A stretch of DNA of 64,000 nucleotides from positions 1 through 64,000 of the IMG/VR virus record IMGVR_UViG_3300037504_000201. One strand, given 5' to 3'. The stretch comes from a virus. Taxonomy: Duplodnaviria; Heunggongvirae; Uroviricota; Caudoviricetes. Below the pieces are notes generated by a model. The model saw nothing but the letters and a program-made list of their open reading frames with translations, was not told the origin of the DNA and did not search any database. Shown piece by piece: positions 26,122-34,752 of the stretch (the stretch's first letter is position 1; each line of letters opens with the position of its first letter). The position numbers and the translations under genes were made by a program.

Positions 26122-29100
26122 CAGTCATTCGTCCAATCCGAGATGATACCACATCCCCCATCGCATCCCAACGCCCGCAAATTGCCCGACTTGTCCGAGA
26201 ACGTCGCGCCGTCGGTGGTGGCATAAAACACCGACGGGTAAGAGACATTGGCGTCCTCGTCGTTGAAAAACGAGCGAAGCGCATACACCACGTCGCCATC
26301 GACCAAAAAGCAGTGTAGCGTGCGGTACGGGTTGGGCAAAGTGTCAACTGTGCTGCCGTTCTTTTGTACGTAAGTATCGCCCGTGCGGTCGTTTGGCGTG
26401 ACAACTTGCAGCGCATACCACGCGTCGTTGGCATTGATCGCCAGCATGTCCCGCACATCGGCATAGCTGTCTTCGTCGGTCAACGTCTTGACAGTGCTGA
26501 TCACCGGCGTCCCGGCGCCAATGTTGGAACACGAAGCGATGACGTGATTGCCACTTGTGGCGTCTTTCCAGCGCGCAAGCCAGAGCTTGCCGGTCGAGTC
26601 TACGTCAGCCGCGGTAACACCCTCTGCCGAGTTACCAACACCGCCATCGCCTTCTGGGTAGTCGTCGAACCCTTCCCAGGTGGCACCCCAATCGGTAGAG
26701 ATTTGCACACCGCTAAACTCTGACGCGGTTGGTGATTTTGCGCACAGCAGCAGACGAGAACCGTCATAGACCAGTTCGCCGTCGCCGGCATCGGTGATCG
26801 CTGCTCCGGACCCCTCAGTATCCTTGTTATAGTACACCCATCCCGTGTACTCTGTGGCGCCGACCTTGTGCCCGGCAATCTCGCCACCGCACGTCCAATT
26901 GTCACCCCAGTCGGTTGAGCGAAGTACGCGTGTCTGCTCGTCCGGTGCCGCGCCGTATTCGTATTGAATCACTGCCAGCAGGTACGTGGTTGAATAATCT
27001 ACAGAGATCGCCACCACGTCAACGATAGCTAAGGAGTCGGCGGTTATCGTGTCACCTATTGCCGTCTCGACCAGCGTCGTAGCGGCAGCGGGGGTTAACT
27101 TGCTCGACCACGACGTGGTGCCGCGCCAGTTGGTTGTGACGTACACAATACCGTCGTCTGGCGCCGTGACGCTCGTGTGCGCCAGGCAGCACGCCCACCG
27201 CGGATTAAGGCTTGGTTGGTCCAGCGCCGAGATGTAGGCGACGGACGTCAGTCCGGTGTTGAATGCCGCCCAAGTTGGCGGGCTGCCCGTCAGCGCATCG
27301 TCGGTCCAAAAGAAACCGCCGATACCCCCAACCCCCACCACCTCGCCTGTCCCAATTGCCGGACGGGGGTCAATCTCCGGGTCCTCGAGGTCGGGCGGGT
27401 CAGGGCGGTCAGGGGCATCGGGGATGTCTTTTGTCTCGCCGCCGTACTCACCTGGGTCTGCAAGGAGCGTCCAGGTTGACATTGTGACGCCCGGCTCGTC
27501 TCTAAATGAAATGGACTCAATCGTGTATGGACCGTCTGGCAGTCGCGCGTCAAAATCGCTCAAATCGCCGTCCAATATCTCGCACAATGCCGGGTCGGCC
27601 ACGTCAAACTCACCCGCCATCTCGACGCGAATGGGCTTTTGCCAGTTTTTGATTGCCAAATCCTGCCCCGCCCACCGGTTTAGCTCGGACTGGGTCTTAG
27701 GCGCCAGATTCATTACCTCTCCAGGCCGACCTCCATCCAATGGACTGGGGGGCGCACCGGACAAGTAAGCGTTAGTACCCTCTGTGCCGCCCAGTCTCAC
27801 CTCGCGCACCGACGCTTGGTGTGGGTCGGTAAAGCTGACGCTGATGATATGCGATTTGGCGAGGGTAAACAGCGTATCGCGCGCTGCCTTCTCCGTGTCG
27901 CTAAGATGCCAATAGTCACGTGTGGCCCGAAGAATACCTTGCCGGTCGCATCGCAGATTAGCAAAACAAGCGCGCAAAACGTCATCTATTTGATCGAGCA
28001 GAGAGTCAGCCTTGCAGTTCTCCCCCGGCCTGGCCCGGTCGGTCCAGTCACCGATAGGGATATAGTCACACACCTGGAGCACCGTTGAATGCCAGCGCAG
28101 AATGTGGACGACCACGCTATCAATTGACAAGTCGGTCAGGCCGTACCAATCGGACGGCGCCGCCTCGTCACGGATGCCAATTGGATAAGCCGGGATGTTG
28201 GAGATCAATTCGTTGGACGAAACAACGTCAAATGACACCGTTCTGTTCAGCGCGTCGCGGCGAAGTTGGTCGCTCGCACACCAGCCGACGTAACGCGTCT
28301 CGGCCCGATTGTCAACGAATGCCTCGTCCGCTTGCTGGTCGTCGTCTTGAGAGACAAGGATGATCAACGCGCCGTCGTAAAGATAGTCGTCGATGGTGTT
28401 GATCACGTCGTCGGTCAACGTCTCAAGATTGAATGATAATCGCCAGCCGCTCTTGTCCCCGTCGCGCCTACCAAGCGTCACGTAGCCCAGATCAAGCGTC
28501 CCGTCGTCAATGATGACCGGCACGTATTTTACGTCCGTCTCGCCGTTCGCGTCTGTCACGGTCAGAGAGACGTAATAGTATCCCGCCGACGTGTAACGAT
28601 AAGTGACGGTGCTGGTGTTCTCGGCCCCGGCCTGCACGGCCGGCGATCCGCCCAGCGCGTCCCACTCGTAGGACGTGACGGCGCCGCCTGACGGCACCAC
28701 GAACGAACCTTCGTCACTAAACACGACATCAGCTTGTCCGCCAGATAGCGTAGCCACAACCGCCGGGCCTGCGTTGGCGACGGGCGGCTGAGCAGCATTG
28801 TCGCTTGACCATGTAGTATCACCGTCTTTGCTGATTGCGCCGGTGTCCTGGTCGATAACCGGCACGCGCGGTCCTAATTCCCAAAAGCGGTAGACATAAA
28901 CTTTGTCTCCGGCATCCCAGTCTATCGCATTCTCTGCAACGTCCAGTGTTCCCGTTATGAGCACAAGCGGTGTCCAGTCCTTTGCGCGCACTTTACTTGG
29001 CTTCATCTTGCTCGCGCCGCCAGCCGTCGTTACACGACACGTCATTCCTGCAGTGACATCTGAGCCGTTCCCGGTGAGTGTTTCCACACTCAATGATTCT

Positions 29101-29228
29101 GCCCCTTGCGCATGCGCGAAAGGCAACTCACCGCTCCAAACGCACACCGGCTGGTATGCGTAAAGTTTAAATCGCTGCGCAAGCGGACGGGATGTAACCG
29201 TCGAGAGAGACGTGATCTTGTCTGCCAT
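26121..29228 (-). CDS. large tail protein with PKD domain and BNR/Asp-box repeats (candidate receptor-binding protein)
   Basis: 1035 aa. STDWGATW and STDWGDNW Asp-boxes. PKD-like TVTYRYTSAGYYYVSLTVTDANGETD. Confidence 0.5.
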   Translation of the reverse strand: MADKITSLSTVTSRPLAQRFKLYAYQPVCVWSGELPFAHAQGAESLSVETLTGNGSDVTAGMTCRVTTAGGASKMKPSKVRAKDWTPLVLITGTLDVAENAIDWDAGDKVYVYRFWELGPRVPVIDQDTGAISKDGDTTWSSDNAAQPPVANAGPAVVATLSGGQADVVFSDEGSFVVPSGGAVTSYEWDALGGSPAVQAGAENTSTVTYRYTSAGYYYVSLTVTDANGETDVKYVPVIIDDGTLDLGYVTLGRRDGDKSGWRLSFNLETLTDDVINTIDDYLYDGALIILVSQDDDQQADEAFVDNRAETRYVGWCASDQLRRDALNRTVSFDVVSSNELISNIPAYPIGIRDEAAPSDWYGLTDLSIDSVVVHILRWHSTVLQVCDYIPIGDWTDRARPGENCKADSLLDQIDDVLRACFANLRCDRQGILRATRDYWHLSDTEKAARDTLFTLAKSHIISVSFTDPHQASVREVRLGGTEGTNAYLSGAPPSPLDGGRPGEVMNLAPKTQSELNRWAGQDLAIKNWQKPIRVEMAGEFDVADPALCEILDGDLSDFDARLPDGPYTIESISFRDEPGVTMSTWTLLADPGEYGGETKDIPDAPDRPDPPDLEDPEIDPRPAIGTGEVVGVGGIGGFFWTDDALTGSPPTWAAFNTGLTSVAYISALDQPSLNPRWACCLAHTSVTAPDDGIVYVTTNWRGTTSWSSKLTPAAATTLVETAIGDTITADSLAIVDVVAISVDYSTTYLLAVIQYEYGAAPDEQTRVLRSTDWGDNWTCGGEIAGHKVGATEYTGWVYYNKDTEGSGAAITDAGDGELVYDGSRLLLCAKSPTASEFSGVQISTDWGATWEGFDDYPEGDGGVGNSAEGVTAADVDSTGKLWLARWKDATSGNHVIASCSNIGAGTPVISTVKTLTDEDSYADVRDMLAINANDAWYALQVVTPNDRTGDTYVQKNGSTVDTLPNPYRTLHCFLVDGDVVYALRSFFNDEDANVSYPSVFYATTDGATFSDKSGNLRALGCDGGCGIISDWTND

Positions 29229-29584
29229 TAGCTCAAATCCACCATCGAGATGACCATCTCGAGTGAGCTTACCGCGCCGCCAGTCTCAGCGCCGCCCGGC
29301 GTCACGGTGCAATACACACTCGAATAATCCGACCACACGCGCCCAATCTCTGGCTCTATTAGCGTCGCGGTGTGGGTGCTGCCATCGTCAAAATCAAACC
29401 AGTTGACGTTGTTCAGGTTCAACGCACGCCCGGACACGCGCAGCCGGCAAGAGCCGTACTTGCGCTTGATGGGCGCGCCAAGTCCATCACGCCCCACCAC
29501 CAAAGCATCGCCGTATTCCCATTCGTACTCTGTCGGCTGGGGAAACAATGGCGCGTCGTCAATCTCAAAGGCGTGTTCTGTCAT
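29228..29584 (-). CDS. tail protein
   Basis: ATGA coupling. Confidence 0.4.
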   Translation of the reverse strand: MTEHAFEIDDAPLFPQPTEYEWEYGDALVVGRDGLGAPIKRKYGSCRLRVSGRALNLNNVNWFDFDDGSTHTATLIEPEIGRVWSDYSSVYCTVTPGGAETGGAVSSLEMVISMVDLS

Positions 29585-30342
29585 CCCCGATCTCCCATCC
29601 CCAGATGCTCATCATAATCGTCACGGGGCGGTGTGGGCGCGGTAGGCAGCCGGAATGTAGCAAAGCTCTTGAACAAGTTAGACCGCGTAGTCTGCTGCTC
29701 AACCATCAGCGGCCCGATGTTTTGTCCGTATTGTGCCGCCGCCGCCACCAGCTCGTCACCCCACAAGTGCAAGTCGCCGGGGCAAGCCGTCGCCTGCCAG
29801 TACTTGTGCCCGACAATGCCTTGCAGGCTCGGAAGCTGGGGCACGAGCCACGCCATGAGTTGCCCGAAACAATCCAATTGCGCGTCGTTAGGCCGCACGT
29901 CGTGACCGGCCCGCAGGTCACCCGACATGCACACGCCCACGGTTTGATAATTCTTAGTGTCGTGCCAGGATACGGTCGCCAACTGGTTAAGCTGGTACAA
30001 TTCAATAACCCCGCCCGGTTCCCAGGCCGAGATTCCAAAATGATACCCCACTCTCGACCAGCTCTTGTACTCTCTGTGGTAGCGGTCCCACCAGGCGATG
30101 TTCTGCGTATCGCGTGAGCCAGCAGAGTGATGCACGGTGATCCACTTGATGTCAGTAAGCGGACGGTCCCAAACCGGGAACGGCCAGTGGGCGCCCTTAT
30201 TGGTCGCCAGCTCGTCAACAATGTCGATGGGCGGATAGACCTCTGGCTCGTCTTCAACCTCAATCTCGACGGGCGTGAAGGTGATGACGCCTTCGGGGGA
30301 CACGTCGCGTCGGTACAGTTCAATATCGCTTGCGCCAGACAT
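29581..30342 (-). CDS. N-acetylmuramoyl-L-alanine amidase (Amidase_2/PGRP fold)
   Basis: ITVHHSAG...YHF...ACPG zinc-amidase motifs. RBS CAGGAGG. Own upstream palindromic element. Confidence 0.7.
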   Translation of the reverse strand: MSGASDIELYRRDVSPEGVITFTPVEIEVEDEPEVYPPIDIVDELATNKGAHWPFPVWDRPLTDIKWITVHHSAGSRDTQNIAWWDRYHREYKSWSRVGYHFGISAWEPGGVIELYQLNQLATVSWHDTKNYQTVGVCMSGDLRAGHDVRPNDAQLDCFGQLMAWLVPQLPSLQGIVGHKYWQATACPGDLHLWGDELVAAAAQYGQNIGPLMVEQQTTRSNLFKSFATFRLPTAPTPPRDDYDEHLGMGDRG

Positions 30343-30358
30343 TGTTAACCTCCTGATA

Positions 30359-30451
30359 AATCAATTTGAGATAATTGATTGTCTTAAAATATATAATATA
30401 TGTTTTAAGAGCTAAAACTAAGTCGGCTAAGTAACACGGAACCGTGTACAC
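30359..30451. repeat. AT-rich palindromic element, copy 5 (reverse-complement of the copy-4 type)
   Basis: Arm AAATCAATTTGAGATAATTGATT, spacer, then GAGCTAAAACTAAGTCGGCTAAG and TAACACGGAACCGTGTA. Confidence 0.75.
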
Positions 30452-30453
30452 TT

Positions 30454-30546
30454 TAACCATAATGACTTGGGCTGCTAAGTTGAAGCACCCACAGCATAAA
30501 GCCGATTGCCGCCAATAGAGCCAGCGCGGTGATGATGCATTCCATG
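30454..30546 (-). CDS. 30-aa hydrophobic peptide (MECIITALALLAAIGFMLWVLQ...)
   Basis: RBS GGAGTGGAAC 6 nt upstream. Single TM helix. Sits between the tape measure gene and element copy 5. Confidence 0.35.
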
Positions 30547-30579
30547 TTCCACTCCTTTATACACGGTTTAGTGTGCACT

Positions 30580-33500
30580 TTAAGCCTTCTCGAACACCGA
30601 TGCCAGGTCATTCATGATAATCGCGGCGGCAGCGTCTGCCACCTTGCCGCCAATCTGGTCTCCCAAGCCGCTCACATTCACATCCACGCGCCCGCCGACG
30701 TTCACATTTTGCGGCGCCATCGTCGGGGTGCCGGGGAGCGCCATCTGGGCCGGGCTGGCGGCGCCGCCAAGGGCGCCGGATGCGTATACGTACTCACGCA
30801 CGCCCGGCTCGACGACGAAGGCGTGTGGGCCGGTCACCACGCCAGAGAATCCGTGTTGCACCGCGTCGGTGGGCATTTGGTATCCGCCAGGGCGTTGGTA
30901 GCCCGTCGCGCCGACCGGCGTCTGTCGCGCTGACATCCGAGCGTTGAACTGCGCAATCATCGCCTCATACTGAGCAATGTACGCTTGCAAGTCGGCAAGC
31001 TCTTGGTTGTATTGCTGGCGCTTGATCTCGATTTGATTGTTAGCTGCCTCTTGCTCGCGCCGTACCTCTTCTTGCAAGCTTTGATTCAGCGCCGCCAGCC
31101 GTTGCTGGTACGCCTCTTCTGCCGCGCGTTGTTGCTCGGCGTAATTGCGGCTTTCGGTGCGCACCTGCTCGCTGTAGTTCTGCTCCTCGTCCATCACGGC
31201 TTCGTCGCGTGCTTCACGCGCCTCTATAATGGCGAGGGCATTGCGCTCAATCGCTGCCTTGCGCACCGTGATGTCATAGTCGCGCTGGATGTCGCGCAGG
31301 CGTTGGCGATGTGCGCGCTCGATGTCCTCCATTCGCATGCGGTGGGCGCGTTCGTTCTTGGCGCGCTGGGATTGATAATCGCTGCTAAGCTGGTTGCGCC
31401 GCGCGAGGGCGTCTTGGCGGATCTGTGTGATGTTGTCTTGTGTATCGCGCTCGATCTGCTCGACCTCGGCGCCCATCTGACGTTGAATGTCGGCCTCTTG
31501 CTCTTGCGCCGCCGTCAATTCCTCATAGGCCGCGCCCTTGTCCTTCATCACGCGGATAGTCTCAAGCGTTGACTCGATGCTCTCACGCTCGGCGTTGCTC
31601 AGCTCAATGATGCCTTCCTTGGCTTGTTCTGTGTATTCGACCAGCTCCTGCTCGGTGATAATCCCGCGCGCATAGGCCTCGCTCAGCATCTCCATCGTGT
31701 CGCGCGCCTGGACCTGCTCCCACGACGTCTCGCCCAGCGCAACGGCAAGAGCGTTCTGCTTCGCCGCTAGCACCTCGGGGTCCATATCCACGTCGCCCAG
31801 GCCCCCGCGCGCAAGCTGCACTGCCTCTTCGCCCAGGGCAGATCGCTCTTGCAACGCGATAAGCTCTTCTTCTTCGAGCTTGAGACTCGCCGCCGCAAGC
31901 TGAGCCTTGGCGAACGCCTTCTCGACACCGCTAAGATTCTCTACCTTCCACTCAAGCCATTCGACCAGCGCCGCCGTGCTATCGCCCATCTCATCGACGA
32001 TTTGCGTGTACTTCCACGCGGCCTCACTGGCTTGCCCTATCGCCTCGGCATGCTTGGGCAGTTCTTCATTTGCCTCTTGCACGGCCCGGATGTACTCCGG
32101 GTAGCTCTGGCTTGATAATTGCAATAGCGTCTGAATCTCTTCTTCTTGTGCGTTGACAAGCGATTCTTCGTCCATGTGATTGCGCGCGACCCAGTATCTG
32201 TAATCTTCAAGCGGTCCCTCTGAATCGTATAGCGCCGCGCTGACATCGCGCCGCTTTTGCGCATAGTCCTGCGCGATAGCGATGGCTGATTGTTCTTCGC
32301 CGCCTACCTCGCGGATGGACTCAAGGTATTCACTCCATTGATCCTTGGTTTCCTCTGTCCCATCGCGCACTTCGGCACTAACTTTTTCGACTTGCTTGAA
32401 CATCACAACGAGGCCGCCAATAGCCGCAGCAAGGGCAGCGAACGGTGCCGCCGCGGACGCAGCACCGACTGCCAACTCTTTCAGCCCGCCCAGCATCGCG
32501 CCGGTCCCGCCGACGTTCTTGAGCGCGCTCAGATATTGCAGGTTACCCTTTAGCCCGGCGCTGATCTTTGTGGCGACGGTGTTCTGCCCCATCGCACCGG
32601 TCTGCGCGATAAGCGCCTTGTTCTCCGTCGCCAGCGCCGCCGCGTGGGCCGCTGCTGCCGTCGCCGCCGCCTGCTTGGCGAGGATGAACGGCGTAAACAG
32701 CGTACTCGCCATCTGCAAAAAGTTGGTGAATTTAGAGAAGAACGGGCCAATACCGGACTGGTCGATCAGGTTGTTGACGACGTTGGTCACTCGCTGAACG
32801 GACACACCGAATTGGTCATAGGAGTCGGTGGCCTTGGTGACCCCGTCCGGGAATTCCTCAAGCTGCTTGTCCGCCTGCTGCAAGAGCGCGTTCCATATCG
32901 CCATAGATCGCTCTTGGCTTGATAATTCCCCCGTCGTCTTGCCAAGCCGCTCTGCCGTCATCTCCAGCGCGTCGTTGAGCTTGATGGTGATGCCCAACTC
33001 GTCAAGGAATTCAACCTCGGCCTTGACGGCGCCGTAGGACATACGGGTGAAGGCGGCTTCTGTGGTCAGCCCGAACTGCTTGGATTTTAGCCGGGCAAAC
33101 TCCATCATCTGCGCCATGTCCTCGACGCTGGTCTCAAAGTTAGCGCCGAGCACCATGTTAGACACTTGCATGATGTTGTTGGCCGATACGGTGCCGTTCG
33201 CCGCGCGTTGCATCGCGTCAACCAGCTCGTCACCGGACAGCCCGGCGCGCTCGGCGAGGTGGTCGAACGACTCTGACATGTCGCGCAGTTGCGCGCCTTG
33301 CCGGCCCATCTGCGCGAATTGCTGCCCGACTTCGTTCCACGTGTCCAGCATTTCGTCGCCAGCCGCGCGGAATTGACGCCCCATATTCTCAAAGTGACCC
33401 AGCATCCCGTCAAGGTCTTGCTCGATGAGCACAACCTTGTCATGGGCCTCTTGGGCCATCTCGGCAAAGGCGCGCTGAATGTCCTCTGACGCGCCGGACG

Positions 33501-33633
33501 CCTGGTCACCTACTGAACCATACTTGGATTCCAGGTTATCCAACATGGCGACGAGGCGCGAGGCTTTGCCCTCGACGTCCTGAATGTCCATCTGGACCAG
33601 GATTTTGATAATGTCCTCGCGCGTCATCGCCAT
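30580..33633 (-). CDS. tape measure protein
   Basis: 1017 aa, extensively coiled-coil, with Gly/Ala-rich hydrophobic segments. Follows the chaperone genes. Confidence 0.8.
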   Translation of the reverse strand: MAMTREDIIKILVQMDIQDVEGKASRLVAMLDNLESKYGSVGDQASGASEDIQRAFAEMAQEAHDKVVLIEQDLDGMLGHFENMGRQFRAAGDEMLDTWNEVGQQFAQMGRQGAQLRDMSESFDHLAERAGLSGDELVDAMQRAANGTVSANNIMQVSNMVLGANFETSVEDMAQMMEFARLKSKQFGLTTEAAFTRMSYGAVKAEVEFLDELGITIKLNDALEMTAERLGKTTGELSSQERSMAIWNALLQQADKQLEEFPDGVTKATDSYDQFGVSVQRVTNVVNNLIDQSGIGPFFSKFTNFLQMASTLFTPFILAKQAAATAAAAHAAALATENKALIAQTGAMGQNTVATKISAGLKGNLQYLSALKNVGGTGAMLGGLKELAVGAASAAAPFAALAAAIGGLVVMFKQVEKVSAEVRDGTEETKDQWSEYLESIREVGGEEQSAIAIAQDYAQKRRDVSAALYDSEGPLEDYRYWVARNHMDEESLVNAQEEEIQTLLQLSSQSYPEYIRAVQEANEELPKHAEAIGQASEAAWKYTQIVDEMGDSTAALVEWLEWKVENLSGVEKAFAKAQLAAASLKLEEEELIALQERSALGEEAVQLARGGLGDVDMDPEVLAAKQNALAVALGETSWEQVQARDTMEMLSEAYARGIITEQELVEYTEQAKEGIIELSNAERESIESTLETIRVMKDKGAAYEELTAAQEQEADIQRQMGAEVEQIERDTQDNITQIRQDALARRNQLSSDYQSQRAKNERAHRMRMEDIERAHRQRLRDIQRDYDITVRKAAIERNALAIIEAREARDEAVMDEEQNYSEQVRTESRNYAEQQRAAEEAYQQRLAALNQSLQEEVRREQEAANNQIEIKRQQYNQELADLQAYIAQYEAMIAQFNARMSARQTPVGATGYQRPGGYQMPTDAVQHGFSGVVTGPHAFVVEPGVREYVYASGALGGAASPAQMALPGTPTMAPQNVNVGGRVDVNVSGLGDQIGGKVADAAAAIIMNDLASVFEKA

Positions 33634-33634
33634 G

Positions 33635-33970
33635 TCATTCGTTCCTCAGTCTGATCTGTTCGCTAATGTACGCCTCGTTACGCAGCTTCTGCCGCCGATA
33701 GCCAATCATCAGCGCCCGCCAGCGCCTGTCGATCTGGCTCCATTGGGGCGGCTGGTAGTTAAACAGCTCCATCGCCCGGAACTCTTCCATCACCGGCGGC
33801 TCGTACACCGCCACCGTGGGCTTGGTGGGCGGGACGGGCTTGCCATCACTCAGATGACTTTCGAAAAAGCGCCCTGGACGCTTCACGCTCACTCTCGGGC
33901 ACAATGCCAGAGACGGCGGCGTCCAGGGTTTCCTTGTCGCTCTTGGTGCGCAAAATCTCATAGCGCACAT
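33635..33970 (-). CDS. tail assembly chaperone, frameshifted extension (T-like part)
   Basis: Overlaps the 3' end of 33846-34376 in the +1 frame. Putative shift site CUU_UUU_CGA. Confidence 0.4.
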   Translation of the reverse strand: MCAMRFCAPRATRKPWTPPSLALCPRVSVKRPGRFFESHLSDGKPVPPTKPTVAVYEPPVMEEFRAMELFNYQPPQWSQIDRRWRALMIGYRRQKLRNEAYISEQIRLRNE

Positions 33971-34376
33971 ATTGCACCAGCCGATCGATCTTGTCCGTGG
34001 AGGTCTCTACGCCCGAAAGCCGGAATATCTCGGGCACTTCCCAATCGTCGGGCACCTCGACGATGCCCTTAAAGGCGTAGTACCACCTCACGCGCTGGAT
34101 GATGCGGCTGATCTTGTCGGTGTATTCGTCGATCTCGATGTAATAGCGAATCCAGCGCGGGTCGTCGGCCTTGGGGCGCACAAGTTCCGTGGTCCCCGCC
34201 GCCGTCTCAACCTCGTCTACCGGCTCTTCCGGTCGCGGGTTCGCCGCGTGAATGTCAGCCCACAAGTGGATAGGCACCTCGCGCGCGTGCACGGTGCGCC
34301 CGCCACTCAATGGGATGACAAGTAACTCTTCTTTGCTGCCGTCCAGAATCTCGACGGTCTCTCGTTCAAACCCCAT
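33846..34376 (-). CDS. tail assembly chaperone (G-like)
   Basis: 176 aa, acidic. Immediately upstream of the tape measure gene. Confidence 0.55.
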   Translation of the reverse strand: MGFERETVEILDGSKEELLVIPLSGGRTVHAREVPIHLWADIHAANPRPEEPVDEVETAAGTTELVRPKADDPRWIRYYIEIDEYTDKISRIIQRVRWYYAFKGIVEVPDDWEVPEIFRLSGVETSTDKIDRLVQYVRYEILRTKSDKETLDAAVSGIVPESEREASRALFRKSSE

Positions 34377-34394
34377 TATGACCCCCTTTTACTT

Positions 34395-34736
34395 CTACTC
34401 TACTTTTATCCCCCCGCCACGGCGCTCGATTGCGCCGCTGGTGACGGGGTTGTACAAACTCATTCGCTTCGACAAATAGTGCGACACGTTTGATCCCAAC
34501 AGCGCGATGACGAGTTGCCCGACGAGGCCGGCAATCTCGGTTAATTGCGCTGCCAGGTCGCCGGACAAGTCAAAGTCAAACACTTGCACGACGAACGTCA
34601 ACAGTGCTGCGATGACGATGTTGGCGCCGGTGGCCCATTTGCCGCCCTGCCCTTCTTTGATAATCCCGGCGTACTTTAGCACTCCAAGCACAGCCGTGAT
34701 CAACGTCCCAATCCCTACCGGGATAGCTACCCACAC
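34395..34736 (-). CDS. membrane protein (2-3 TM), holin-like
   Basis: GTG start with RBS AAGGAAGG. TM helices. Confidence 0.4.
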   Translation of the reverse strand: MWVAIPVGIGTLITAVLGVLKYAGIIKEGQGGKWATGANIVIAALLTFVVQVFDFDLSGDLAAQLTEIAGLVGQLVIALLGSNVSHYLSKRMSLYNPVTSGAIERRGGGIKVE

Positions 34737-34752
34737 GGATCACCTTCCTTTC

